Source: Candidatus Latescibacterota bacterium (lineage in GTDB: Bacteria; Latescibacterota; UBA2968; GCA-2709665). Taken from it: a stretch of DNA of 64,000 nt. Position numbers and translations under genes: made by a program. Location of the stretch: the NCBI GenBank assembly GCA_965208835.1, contig OZ242358.1:2560001-2624000 (forward strand). The letters are read 5' to 3'. This document shows, one piece after another, positions 39,168 to 48,363 of this stretch; within the stretch, counting starts at the first letter, position 1, and each line of letters begins with the position of its first letter. Under the pieces are notes generated by a model. It worked only from the letters and a program-made list of their open reading frames with translations, was not told the origin of the DNA and made no database searches.

Positions 39168-39593
39168 TTACCGCAAACGGCCGCCACTGGCTTTCAGGAA
39201 CGCCCGGACCCGGTGGTGAATCTCGTCCCGGACCCGTCGAAAGACGGTCATGCGCTCGTCCCGGGTTCCGGTTGCTTCGGCCGGGTCGTCGAGGTCCCAG
39301 TGGAGACGTTCGGTGGAGGCGGGGTAGACGGGACAGTTGTCGTTCGCCCGGTTGCACACGGTGATGACGACGTCGACACGGCGGTCCGCAAAGGCATCGG
39401 GCCCCTTTGATCGCTGGCGGGAGATATCGATGCAGATTTCAGCCATCGCCCTGACAGCAAGCGGATTGAGATCGGTGGGACGGGTGCCCGCGCTCAGAGA
39501 TTCCATACGGCCTCCGGCGAAGTGCCGGAGAAGTCCTTCCGCCATCTGGCTCCTGCAGGAGTTTCCGGTCCACAGGAACAGGACGCGTTTCAT
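39168..39593 (-). CDS. arsC: Thioredoxin-type arsenate reductase ArsC (LMW-PTP fold) with P-loop Cys replaced by Trp
   Basis: VLFL-W-TGNSCRSQMAEG, SAGT, ITVCNRANDNCP, HW...DP, FRRVRDEI. Confidence 0.8.
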   Translation of the reverse strand: MKRVLFLWTGNSCRSQMAEGLLRHFAGGRMESLSAGTRPTDLNPLAVRAMAEICIDISRQRSKGPDAFADRRVDVVITVCNRANDNCPVYPASTERLHWDLDDPAEATGTRDERMTVFRRVRDEIHHRVRAFLKASGGRLR

Positions 39594-39678
39594 GTCGTCG
39601 TTTGTCGCGATCATCCACGGACCTCTGACGGAATGACGTCAACCACTAAGGTTCCGGGGTCGTGAGCAATGCAGGAAG

Positions 39679-40926
39679 TCAGCGGGTGAACGCCCGCTTG
39701 ATCTTGTTCACGGCCTCTACAATGTCGTCCATGTCTTCCCGGGTGCCGAGGAGCATGGACTGATAGAACCAGACGCTGTGCCTGCACACGAATTCAGCGT
39801 GCGGACACGGCAGCCGGCGTACGAGATCGGGATATGCTTCCGAGACGCTTTTCAACGCACCCTCGTCCGTGAGAGGTCGCTGGTAACCGGGCGTGCAGTC
39901 GATGCCTTCCGCGATCAGGGCCCTGACGAATTCATCTCTGCTTCGACCGCCGAATTGCTCCGGGTCGTAGCGCGTCATGTAAAGATGGTACCCGTGCTGT
40001 GTGACCCAGTTGCGAGCCGTCGGAGGGATTACGCCGCCGACCTTTAGCAGCTCACGTGTCAGGTGGGCCCCGTTGCGGTTTCGGATCTCGGTCTGATGTT
40101 GAAGGCTCCCGAGCCTGGCCAGAAGGATGCACGCGATGTATTCGGAGGTCCTGTAGTTCCAACCGTGCCGCGGGTATTCCCAACGTTCCCCGCCTGGGCG
40201 TCGACCGACGTCCTTGAATGCGCACGCCCGTTCGTAAATGTGTGCATCGTTGGTGACAAGGCAGCCCCCCTCTCCGGCCGTCAGGTTCTTGCTCGACTGA
40301 AAGCTGTAGGCGCCAACGTCGCCGAGCGGGCCGACCTTCCGTCCGTTATTTTCGGCGCCGTGTGCCTGAGCGGCGTCTTCGACGACCACCAGGCCGTGTT
40401 TGTCGGCGATGGCGTTCAGGGCGTCCATATCAGCGGGGTGCCCCCCCATATGCACGGGTAGAATGCCTACCGTCCGATCGGTTATGGCCGCCTGAACCGC
40501 GTTCGGATCGAGGGTATAGCTCACAGGGTCGATATCCGCCAGCGCCAGGCTGCAGCGCACCGAGAGGGCGGCACTGGCCGTTGCGATAAAGGTATAGTTC
40601 GGGATGATGAATTCCCCGCCTGACCGCAGACCGTCGAGATCGAGCGCACCTGCTATGGATGCGGAAATCGCGTCTGTTCCATGGGGCAACATCAGACCGT
40701 ACCCGGCGCCGCAATAGGCCGCGAACGCCTGACCGAACCGGGCACTCCTGCTTGCCGGGAGCCCTTCGGTTTTTTCCAGATAGACCTCCCGAAGTGCCGG
40801 CTCGATTTCCCGTTCCCACTCCTTCTCGGTGTTTGCAGGCCACGAAGGCCACGGATTCTCGAGCCGATCGCGTACGGGCGTGCCCCCGTTTACCGCCAGC
40901 CGGTCAGCAGAAATCACATCTGGCAT
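39679..40926 (-). CDS. DegT/DnrJ/EryC1/StrS aminotransferase (AHBA-synthase-like)
   Basis: LAVNGG.P, WPSWP, YTFIATA, EDAAQAHG, SFQSSKNLTAGEGG. Confidence 0.88.
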   Translation of the reverse strand: MPDVISADRLAVNGGTPVRDRLENPWPSWPANTEKEWEREIEPALREVYLEKTEGLPASRSARFGQAFAAYCGAGYGLMLPHGTDAISASIAGALDLDGLRSGGEFIIPNYTFIATASAALSVRCSLALADIDPVSYTLDPNAVQAAITDRTVGILPVHMGGHPADMDALNAIADKHGLVVVEDAAQAHGAENNGRKVGPLGDVGAYSFQSSKNLTAGEGGCLVTNDAHIYERACAFKDVGRRPGGERWEYPRHGWNYRTSEYIACILLARLGSLQHQTEIRNRNGAHLTRELLKVGGVIPPTARNWVTQHGYHLYMTRYDPEQFGGRSRDEFVRALIAEGIDCTPGYQRPLTDEGALKSVSEAYPDLVRRLPCPHAEFVCRHSVWFYQSMLLGTREDMDDIVEAVNKIKRAFTR

Positions 40927-41066
40927 CGGTTCTCCCGTGAATGGACCGGGACCATCCCTTCACTTCCGGCCATGGTATCGCCCGGAAAGACCCCGGGCGC
41001 AGGCACGAAATGGTCAATTGTGGAAATGGACACACAGTCGGAAACCACCGCTCACGCATTCAGGAT

Positions 41067-42302
41067 TCAGTCCGCCACCAGTTCGCAGGCGGCATCGCGG
41101 ATCGTGCTCTCGCCGTCCACCGCAAGCCCGGCATACCTGGGTTCCATGCCGCCTTCCCGATGCGCCTGAGGCGTACTCAGGTAACCGACGTCGGCTGTCG
41201 GACCCGACAGGACAATGGTGAGCACACCCTGCGCCGCATCCCTGATCGCAGACGCGGTCTCCACGAAGATTTCGCCCGGCAGATGGACAATATTGACCCC
41301 GCACGCGGAGACCCGTGTAATCGTATAGTCCAGAAATTGTCTGCCAGTTGCGTAGTGCCGGCTGCCGTAGGCCTGAAATCGCTGCAGTCCGTCTGACCGA
41401 TTCGGAGTCGCTTTGAGTTCGGTCTCCACGGCATCGGGATCCTCGTGCGCGAATGTGGGTACCTTAATGGTTTTCCGTGTAACCCGCAGGTTTCCGGAAT
41501 CGTACATGCCCGCCTGTTCCAACGCATAGAGTGCCGCACCTCCGACGCTGTTGCCCACGCGCTCACAGGTACGACCGGCGCGGCTCACTGGTACCACGTT
41601 GCCGATACTGCCCGGAAGGAACAACGCGTTGACACCCGCGGATTCCACCACTCTGCGTGCGACACCCGGATAGTCGGCGGAAATGTGCCCGTATTTGTCC
41701 GTACTGCACAGAGCGTGGCAGCCGAATACGATTGCACAATGCGCCGGATTGCCCTCCGTATCGTCAATCCGGATAACGTATACGTTGTCGTCCACTTCGG
41801 CATAGGTGAGTTCGGGGCGCGGGTAGGGGAATTTGAAATTGCTCATGACCAGTTTGCCGTCCCCGTCGTATGAACGCCGGTTATAAAGAACGTTGGGAGC
41901 GGAACAGGCGCCAACGCCCATACGGGAGGGTGCCATCACATGGGCGGCCTCACGGATGGCTGCTGCCATATTGTCCGCGAAAAAATCCTCCCTGCCGTAA
42001 TACTTGAGCGCCTCGCAGGGAATGTTTACGTACGATTGAAACAGGATGGGCGTTGTGCCGACATGGGACGCACAGGGCAGGATGTGGTTGGGATCCAGCC
42101 AGACAATGTCCTCTACCCGTTCCCTCACGCGTACCATTATATCTTCTTCAATGCTGAAACAGTCTCCGGCCAGGAAGGTGACGTTCGTGTCCCCGTGCCT
42201 CAGGATCAGCACACGGAAGGAGATCGGATCGTAGACCCTGAACGCACCGTCTGACGGTTCTACGGGTGTAAAGTCCTGAACGCCGAAGCCGGTTTCCAGC
42301 AC
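41067..42302 (-). CDS. Neutral/alkaline ceramidase-like hypothetical hydrolase
   Basis: DFTP..YDP, ASH, NRR, VD, FGCHA, ISADYPG, PGEIF, GYL...GG.E pattern. Confidence 0.65.
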   Translation of the reverse strand: MLETGFGVQDFTPVEPSDGAFRVYDPISFRVLILRHGDTNVTFLAGDCFSIEEDIMVRVRERVEDIVWLDPNHILPCASHVGTTPILFQSYVNIPCEALKYYGREDFFADNMAAAIREAAHVMAPSRMGVGACSAPNVLYNRRSYDGDGKLVMSNFKFPYPRPELTYAEVDDNVYVIRIDDTEGNPAHCAIVFGCHALCSTDKYGHISADYPGVARRVVESAGVNALFLPGSIGNVVPVSRAGRTCERVGNSVGGAALYALEQAGMYDSGNLRVTRKTIKVPTFAHEDPDAVETELKATPNRSDGLQRFQAYGSRHYATGRQFLDYTITRVSACGVNIVHLPGEIFVETASAIRDAAQGVLTIVLSGPTADVGYLSTPQAHREGGMEPRYAGLAVDGESTIRDAACELVAD

Positions 42303-42412
42303 GATCAGCCCTCCATATTGAGATTCAGCCGGAAGAGTGGTTCATTGATAGCGCAATTCGCCCGGAGCGTCAAGCGATTTCGCGGAACACGCGTCCTGTC
42401 GGGCCTCGGATC

Positions 42413-42441
42413 TTGACGTATCAGCTGGTATGGGTTACATT
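42413..42441 (+). promoter_or_regulatory. Sigma70 promoter
   Basis: TTGACG-N17-TACATT. Confidence 0.5.
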
Positions 42442-42549
42442 ATCGTCTTGTCGGCGCTGGCGTGATCGGTTCGCAACCGGTTTCGCGGCGCTGTGGGCTG
42501 CAATGAGCGTTTCAGCACAGGCTGCGCAAAACCGCGCAAGGGAGACCTG

Positions 42550-45417
42550 ATGAAAGCCCTGTTATCGGCGCTTGAACGGGAACTGTCCGGCGAGGTGCGG
42601 TTCGATAAGGCCTCACGGATATTGTACAGCACCGATGCGAGCATGTATCAGATTGAACCGCTGGGGGTCGTTCTGCCCAGACATCGGCAGGACGTCCTGA
42701 GAGTCCTGAGGCTTGCCGGGGAATTCGGGGTACCCGTATTGCCGCGCGGCGGCGGGACGGCGCTTGCAGGACAGTGCGTGGGCCCTGGCGTGATCATGGA
42801 TTTGTCCAAGTTCATGAACAATATCCTCGAATTGAACGCGGAAGAGGGATGGGTGCGGGTACAACCCGGCGTTGTCCTGGACGAGTTGAATTCCTACCTG
42901 AAGCCATATGGTCTGCAATTCGCCCCCGACGTGGCCACGAGCAGCCGCGCGACGATCGGGGGGATGATCGGCAACAACTCGGCGGGAGCCCATTCGGTGA
43001 TCTACGGGAAGACCATCGACCATGTAATAGAACTCGAGGTGGCGCTCGCGGACGGTACCGAAACCCTGTTCAGGGAATTGTCCGATGAGGAAGTCGTCGA
43101 GAAAGCCGCACTGACGGGTCTGGAGGGCGGGGCATATCGTGAGGTCCTGCGGCTGGCCCGGACCCACCGGTCGGAAATCGATCGGCGGTACCCGAAAATC
43201 CTCCGTCGGGTGGGCGGTTACAACCTGGACGAATTCACGAAGCCGCAACCGTTCAATATGAGCCGTATGATCGTGGGATCCGAGGGGACCCTCGCCACTG
43301 TACTGGAGGCCAGGTTGCGCGTGATTCCGCTTCCGCGCGCCCGGGTGCTGGGCGTCGTGCAATTCGAGGACCTGATCGAGTCGATGGCGGCCGTCTCACC
43401 CATCCTCGAAACCGGACCGGCGGCGGTGGAACTGGTGGATCGCATGATTCTGGAGCAGACCCTCGGATCTATCGCCTTGTCCAGGCAACGCGGCTGGGTT
43501 GAAGGAGATCCGAAGGCGGTGCTCGTGGTTGAGTATTTCGGAGATTCGCTCGAAGCATTGACGCCGCGGCTTGACGCGCTCGAGGACGCCATGTCGAAAC
43601 AGGGTCTCGGCTACGGTTTCCGACGGGCCGTGTCGGCCGAAGAACAGGCAAATGTCTGGAACGTGCGCAAGTCAGGTCTGGGATTGCTGATGGGGGTCAA
43701 GGGGGATACGAAGCCGGTGGCATTCGTCGAGGACTCCGCAGTGTCGACGGAAAAGCTGCCCGACTATATCGGCGACTTCGAACGTATCGTGCGTGAGCAC
43801 GATACCACGGCCGGGTACTACGCACATGCAAGCGTGGGCTTGCTCCACATCCGCCCGATGGTGAATCTGAAGACTGCCGCCGGAGTGGCCAGAATGCGTT
43901 CCATCGCCGAGGCAATCCGGGATCTGGTGCTGAAGTACGGCGGAGCGATGAGCGGCGAACACGGGGACGGCCTGGCGCGAAGTTGCTGGAATGAACGCGT
44001 ATTCGGTTCCACGCTGTACAATGCGTTTCGGGAAATCAAACGCGCGTTCGACCCGCATGGGTTGATGAATCCGGGAAAGATCGTGGACGCGCCGATGATG
44101 ACGGAAAACCTGCGTTTCGGGCCCGCATACAGGGCTCAGGAGCCGCGCACTCACTTCGATTTTTCGGCCGACGGAGGATTTCATCGGGCGGTGGAAATGT
44201 GCAACGGCGTTGGCGCATGCAGAAAGAAACTCCATGGGACGATGTGTCCTTCATATATGGCTACACTCGACGAAGCCCATTCAACCCGGGGCAGAGCAAA
44301 CGCCCTGCGGGCCGCCATATCCGGCGGTCTCGAGGGCGGGCTGGCCGACGAGCGGGTCTATGAGATCCTGGACCTGTGTCTTGAGTGTAAGGCGTGCAAG
44401 TCGGAATGCCCGTCAAACGTGGACATGGCCAAGATCAAGTATGAATTCCTTGCGCATTACTACGGCACACATGGAAGGCCGCTGCGCGAGTGGCTGTTCG
44501 GAAACATCGAAACCCTGAACCGTGTCGGATGCGCGCTGGCGCCCCTCTCGAACTGGGTTGCCGGTACCGGGCTCGCCAGTGCGGGTATGCGGCTCCTTGG
44601 CATCGCGCCTGAAAGGGCATTGCCCCCGTTTGCGCGGCGTACGTTCACGGACTGGTTTGCCGGACGAGCGAAGCGGCGCCGTGACCGTAAGGTGGTGCTC
44701 TTCAATGACACGTACCTCACGTTCAATGAGCCCGAAATCGGCATTTCGGCCACGCGCTTTCTTGAAGCTGCAGGGTACGAGGTGATCCTGCCAGCGAAGC
44801 GGTGTTGCGGCCGGCCGCTCCTGTCCAGTGGCATGATAGAGCAGGTTAAGGAGAATCTGGCCTTCAATACGCGGCACCTGCATGCGTACGTTGCGCAGGG
44901 GTACGATATCGTGGGCTTTGAACCCAGTTGCGTCTCGATGTTGACGGACGACTACCCCGAACTAGACACGGATACCCGTGTCCGGGAGGTCTCCGAGCGG
45001 TGCTATACAATGGAGTCTTATCTGAGCCTTCTGGCGGAACGCGGCGAGTTGCGGGTGCCCTTTTCGGACCTGAAGAAGGAGATTCTCGTCCACGGACACT
45101 GCCATCAGAAAGCGCTCTGGGGCATCGCTCCCTCTCTCGACGTGTTGAATTTACCGCCCGGATATTCGGCATCGGCCATCGATTCGGCCTGCTGCGGTAT
45201 GGCCGGCGCATTTGGATATCAGGCGGAACACTACGACATTTCCCTGAAAATGGGCGAAGACCGGCTCCTGAAGGTCGTCCGGCAGGCGGGGCCGGAAACG
45301 GAAATCGCTGCCGCCGGACTGTCGTGCAGACAACAGATTCTCCATGCAACCGGACGGACCGCGCGGCACCCGATTCAGATTTTGTGGGAGGCGGTCGCAC
45401 ACGAAGAAGAAGCATGA
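42550..45417 (+). CDS. FAD-binding/(Fe-S)-binding oxidoreductase (GlcD-GlpC fusion, YdiJ-like)
   Basis: YSTDAS, RGGGT, GSEGTL, SGEHGDG, CNGVGAC, CLECKACKSECP, CCG domains. Confidence 0.9.
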   Translation: MKALLSALERELSGEVRFDKASRILYSTDASMYQIEPLGVVLPRHRQDVLRVLRLAGEFGVPVLPRGGGTALAGQCVGPGVIMDLSKFMNNILELNAEEGWVRVQPGVVLDELNSYLKPYGLQFAPDVATSSRATIGGMIGNNSAGAHSVIYGKTIDHVIELEVALADGTETLFRELSDEEVVEKAALTGLEGGAYREVLRLARTHRSEIDRRYPKILRRVGGYNLDEFTKPQPFNMSRMIVGSEGTLATVLEARLRVIPLPRARVLGVVQFEDLIESMAAVSPILETGPAAVELVDRMILEQTLGSIALSRQRGWVEGDPKAVLVVEYFGDSLEALTPRLDALEDAMSKQGLGYGFRRAVSAEEQANVWNVRKSGLGLLMGVKGDTKPVAFVEDSAVSTEKLPDYIGDFERIVREHDTTAGYYAHASVGLLHIRPMVNLKTAAGVARMRSIAEAIRDLVLKYGGAMSGEHGDGLARSCWNERVFGSTLYNAFREIKRAFDPHGLMNPGKIVDAPMMTENLRFGPAYRAQEPRTHFDFSADGGFHRAVEMCNGVGACRKKLHGTMCPSYMATLDEAHSTRGRANALRAAISGGLEGGLADERVYEILDLCLECKACKSECPSNVDMAKIKYEFLAHYYGTHGRPLREWLFGNIETLNRVGCALAPLSNWVAGTGLASAGMRLLGIAPERALPPFARRTFTDWFAGRAKRRRDRKVVLFNDTYLTFNEPEIGISATRFLEAAGYEVILPAKRCCGRPLLSSGMIEQVKENLAFNTRHLHAYVAQGYDIVGFEPSCVSMLTDDYPELDTDTRVREVSERCYTMESYLSLLAERGELRVPFSDLKKEILVHGHCHQKALWGIAPSLDVLNLPPGYSASAIDSACCGMAGAFGYQAEHYDISLKMGEDRLLKVVRQAGPETEIAAAGLSCRQQILHATGRTARHPIQILWEAVAHEEEA

Positions 45418-45695
45418 GTCTCCACCGGCGAATTCATGTCCGGGTTACGGGTGTCGTTCAGGGAGTGGGTTTCCGTTTTTTCGTATGTCGCGTTGCACGG
45501 AATCTGGGCCTGGTCGGGTACGTGCGCAATTGCGCCGACGGGAGCGTGGAGCTTGAGGCGGAAGGCGAACCCTCCGGCGTTACGGCCCTGGTCGACGCGG
45601 TCAGCACGGGACCTCCGGGCGCCGACGTCCGGGATACATTCGCGCAGCCGCGCCCTGTTCCGGGTCCGGAGTCCGGATTTGAGATCCGATGGTAG
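45414..45695 (+). CDS. acyP: Acylphosphatase
   Basis: VTGVVQGVGFR, GYVRN..DGSVE, GPPGA; ATGA overlap. Confidence 0.9.
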   Translation: MSLHRRIHVRVTGVVQGVGFRFFVCRVARNLGLVGYVRNCADGSVELEAEGEPSGVTALVDAVSTGPPGADVRDTFAQPRPVPGPESGFEIRW

Positions 45696-45710
45696 AGAGA
45701 GGGGCACCTC

Positions 45711-46223
45711 GTGAATCTATTGAAATACATCCGTGAAGTACCCGATTTTCCGAAACCGGGCATCCTCTTCAAGGACATCACAACCCTGTTGAAGGACCCC
45801 GCGGCACTCGACACCGCCGTTCGGCGCCTCGCGGACCCGTACCGAAATGAGGACGTGTCTGTTGTGGCGGGAATCGAGTCCAGGGGTTTCATTCTCGGCG
45901 CTGCCGTGGCCCGGGATCTGGGTGCGGGATTCGTCCCGATCCGGAAATCCGGCAAGTTGCCGTCGCAGACCGCTTCGGCGGACTACGTGCTGGAGTATGG
46001 TACGGACAGCATCGAGATTCATACCGACGCGGTCGTTCCCGGACAGCGTGTGCTTCTCCTCGATGATCTGCTGGCGACGGGCGGTACGATGGAGGCCGCT
46101 GTCAGTCTGGTCAAGGGACTGGGCGGTCAGATTCCCGGTATTTCCTTTCTCATCGAGTTGACGTCACTCGACGGCCGCTCGAGGCTGAAGGGAGAAAACG
46201 TGACGACGCTGCTTTCCCTTTAG
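45711..46223 (+). CDS. apt: Adenine phosphoribosyltransferase
   Basis: PDFPKPGILFKDIT, ESRGF, RKSGKLP, LEYG, DDLLATGGT. Confidence 0.95.
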   Translation: MNLLKYIREVPDFPKPGILFKDITTLLKDPAALDTAVRRLADPYRNEDVSVVAGIESRGFILGAAVARDLGAGFVPIRKSGKLPSQTASADYVLEYGTDSIEIHTDAVVPGQRVLLLDDLLATGGTMEAAVSLVKGLGGQIPGISFLIELTSLDGRSRLKGENVTTLLSL

Positions 46224-46238
46224 CAGCTTGTTGAAAAT

Positions 46239-46311
46239 GCCCCTGTAGCTCAGAGGATAGAGTAGCGGATTCCTAATCCGTTGGTCGCAGGTTCGAGTCC
46301 TGCCAGGGGCA
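46239..46311 (+). tRNA. tRNA-Arg (CCT)
   Basis: GCCCCTGTAGCTCAGAGGATAGAGTAGCGGATTCCTAATCCGTTGGTCGCAGGTTCGAGTCCTGCCAGGGGCA; CCA not encoded. Confidence 0.95.
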
Positions 46312-46536
46312 TTTGAATCAAGCGGTGTGGAGCGGCGGTTCGCTCCGCGAAAAACGTCCCGTGAGGTCAATCCTCATGGGAAGTTGCGTTTTAACGCTCT
46401 CGTTGCCGAAATTCGCGCCTGGCGAGCGTTCATCCGGAGTCTCGAGCGGCATCGCCCTGGACTCTGCGACAATCTGTTATTCGCATCGAAATTCGGTTGG
46501 CGATTCTGCCCTGCGTTCTCATGAGGTCTGGCCGCT

Positions 46537-46977
46537 GTGGGTTTTCGGATCAACGAGGCATTGCTGTTGCCCTATCCCCGGGAGCAAGTCTTCCGGTTCT
46601 TTTCGGATGCCCGGAATCTGGGGCGACTCACACCGCCGTGGCTCAGGTTTTCCATAAGAAGCGACCTGCCCATCGAAGTGGGGGAAGGCACGGTCATCCG
46701 ATACAGCATCAGGATTCGAGGCGTACCGGTAGGCTGGGTGAGTGAGATTACCGAATGGCGTCCGCCGGTCGAGTTTTGCGATGTGCAACGCCGTGGGCCT
46801 TACCGCTTCTGGATCCATCGGCATATATTCGAGTCGGTACCGGACGGTACGCGGGTTATCGACAGGGTCGATTACGACGTCCCCGGCGGAGCGGTGGTCA
46901 ATCGTCTGTTCGTTGCGGGCGAATTGAGACGGATATTCGCTTACCGGAAGGCGAAGCTTGTCGAACAGTTTTCGTGA
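46537..46977 (+). CDS. SRPBCC family protein
   Basis: VF.FFSD..NL..LTPPWL, W.SEI..W.PP..F.D.Q.RGPY..W.H.H.F, D.VDY, IFAYR. Confidence 0.85.
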   Translation: MGFRINEALLLPYPREQVFRFFSDARNLGRLTPPWLRFSIRSDLPIEVGEGTVIRYSIRIRGVPVGWVSEITEWRPPVEFCDVQRRGPYRFWIHRHIFESVPDGTRVIDRVDYDVPGGAVVNRLFVAGELRRIFAYRKAKLVEQFS

Positions 46978-47146
46978 AAAAACGCGGTCGCGTCCATCGG
47001 TCCCGATCCGGAAGCCGAGTCGCCGAGGCCGTGGATCGACCGGGTGAACGGGCAACCTGAAATCGCGGATGGACGTGTCACAACCTTGGTGTACCCGGCT
47101 TCGGTGTCGGGCTTCCCTCCCGGCCGCGTCGCGGAGGGCAAAAGGG

Positions 47147-47175
47147 TTGACATCGGTCCTGGAATGCCATACTAT
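47147..47175 (+). promoter_or_regulatory. Strong sigma70 promoter
   Basis: TTGACA-N17-TACTAT. Confidence 0.6.
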
Positions 47176-47314
47176 TTGGTCGAACAGAAGCAGTACCGTG
47201 CGCCGGTGCCCCCTGCTTGCCGGCATTCAGCCGCGTATGGAACCTGCTCGACCCGCAATCGGAACATCACGTGATGGTCTCGCCCGGCTGCCATGAGAGA
47301 TCGGGAGGCGTAGG

Positions 47315-47662
47315 ATGTCCAAGGGACCTGACGGATATTCAGAAGACGATCGGATATTGGCGCGTCTCGTGGATCCGGTCGATGTCGAGGCGTTTTCGAA
47401 TCTGATGGAACACGCCCACCAGAGGGGCATGAGCGCTGCGGATTTTATCCGCGAAGTACCTGAGCGAACGTCGAGAAAGGCGATTCGGCGGCTGTGTTTG
47501 AAAGACAGAAAGCAAACGATGCGCACAAGATTATCCTCGATCGCCAGGAATCTGTGGGGGCGCCCGGCGGAGGATCCGGAATCGACTTACATTCAGTCAC
47601 TCTACACACCCCGCGACCGGCGGCAGGTGCCGGGGCGGAACGGACAGAAACCCAGGCAATGA
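47315..47662 (+). CDS. Hypothetical protein
   Basis: GGGAGG RBS, downstream of the promoter, ATGA-coupled to the next ORF. Confidence 0.55.
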   Translation: MSKGPDGYSEDDRILARLVDPVDVEAFSNLMEHAHQRGMSAADFIREVPERTSRKAIRRLCLKDRKQTMRTRLSSIARNLWGRPAEDPESTYIQSLYTPRDRRQVPGRNGQKPRQ

Positions 47663-47841
47663 TGCAGGAATACCGACAGGCGCTGCAGGTGCATATTCAC
47701 GAACTGGAAGAACTGGTCGAGGCGATGCTTGTACACGCACGATCCGGTAATCAGGAGGCCAGGGAACGGCTGGTCCACGTGCATCGCGAGGTGATGAACA
47801 AGCGGCATCGCCTCAAGGACCTGTACAGGCAGGACGGCTGA
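47659..47841 (+). CDS. Small helical hypothetical protein (60 aa)
   Basis: MMQEYRQALQVHIHELEELVEAML...; ATGA overlap; followed by a hairpin and T-tract. Confidence 0.55.
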   Translation: MMQEYRQALQVHIHELEELVEAMLVHARSGNQEARERLVHVHREVMNKRHRLKDLYRQDG

Positions 47842-47857
47842 AGGTCGGGTAACGTCA

Positions 47858-47923
47858 AGCGGAATATGGCAGGCCGGCTCCGGGAGATTTCCGGGAGTTG
47901 CGCCGCATGTTTCGCCTTTTTTT
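47858..47923 (+). terminator. Probable intrinsic terminator
   Basis: Imperfect long hairpin GCGGAATATG...CATGTTTCGC followed by a T7 tract. Confidence 0.4.
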
Positions 47924-47940
47924 AATCCATGCGCACTGAA

Positions 47941-48363
47941 ATGCGAATTCTCGCGGTAGACTACGGCCGACGCCGCGTGGGGCTGGCGGTTTCCGACGAA
48001 CTGGGACTGGCCGCGCGTGGGCTGCCGACGGTACGGGCGCATTCACGAAGTTCGGCCGTCAGCTCCGTGGCGCGGGTGGCCTCGGACGTCGGGGCGGCTG
48101 CACTTCTGGTTGGTCTGCCGCTCAATATGGATGGAAGCAGAGGTCCCATGGCCGAAGCGGCCGAAGCGTTCGCTGTTGCACTGAAACGAACGACGGGGCT
48201 GCCTGTTCGTCTCTGGGATGAGCGGCTTACCACGGTTGCCGCGCGGCGCACGATGCGGGAGGCAGGTGTCAGGGATCGGAATAAAGAGGGAACACTGGAT
48301 CGAATGGCGGCGGTCTTACTCCTGAACAACTATCTGCAGGCGCAGGATTCGGCGGAACCCTGA
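47941..48363 (+). CDS. ruvX: Pre-16S rRNA nuclease / Holliday junction resolvase-like YqgF
   Basis: MRILAVDYGRRRVGLAVSD, VGLPLNMDGS, WDERLTT, D..AA..LL. Confidence 0.93.
   Translation: MRILAVDYGRRRVGLAVSDELGLAARGLPTVRAHSRSSAVSSVARVASDVGAAALLVGLPLNMDGSRGPMAEAAEAFAVALKRTTGLPVRLWDERLTTVAARRTMREAGVRDRNKEGTLDRMAAVLLLNNYLQAQDSAEP

Noticed and set aside
46221-46238. TAGCAGCTTGTTGAAAA (and the similar TAGCAGTCCGTTGAAAAA near 16740) resembling IS/MITE ends
   Set aside because: No partner inverted end or target duplication found.
46312-46536. Possible integrated island or 65-aa ORF after tRNA-Arg
   Set aside because: No integrase, no repeated tRNA 3' end noticed, and the ORF has no supporting features.
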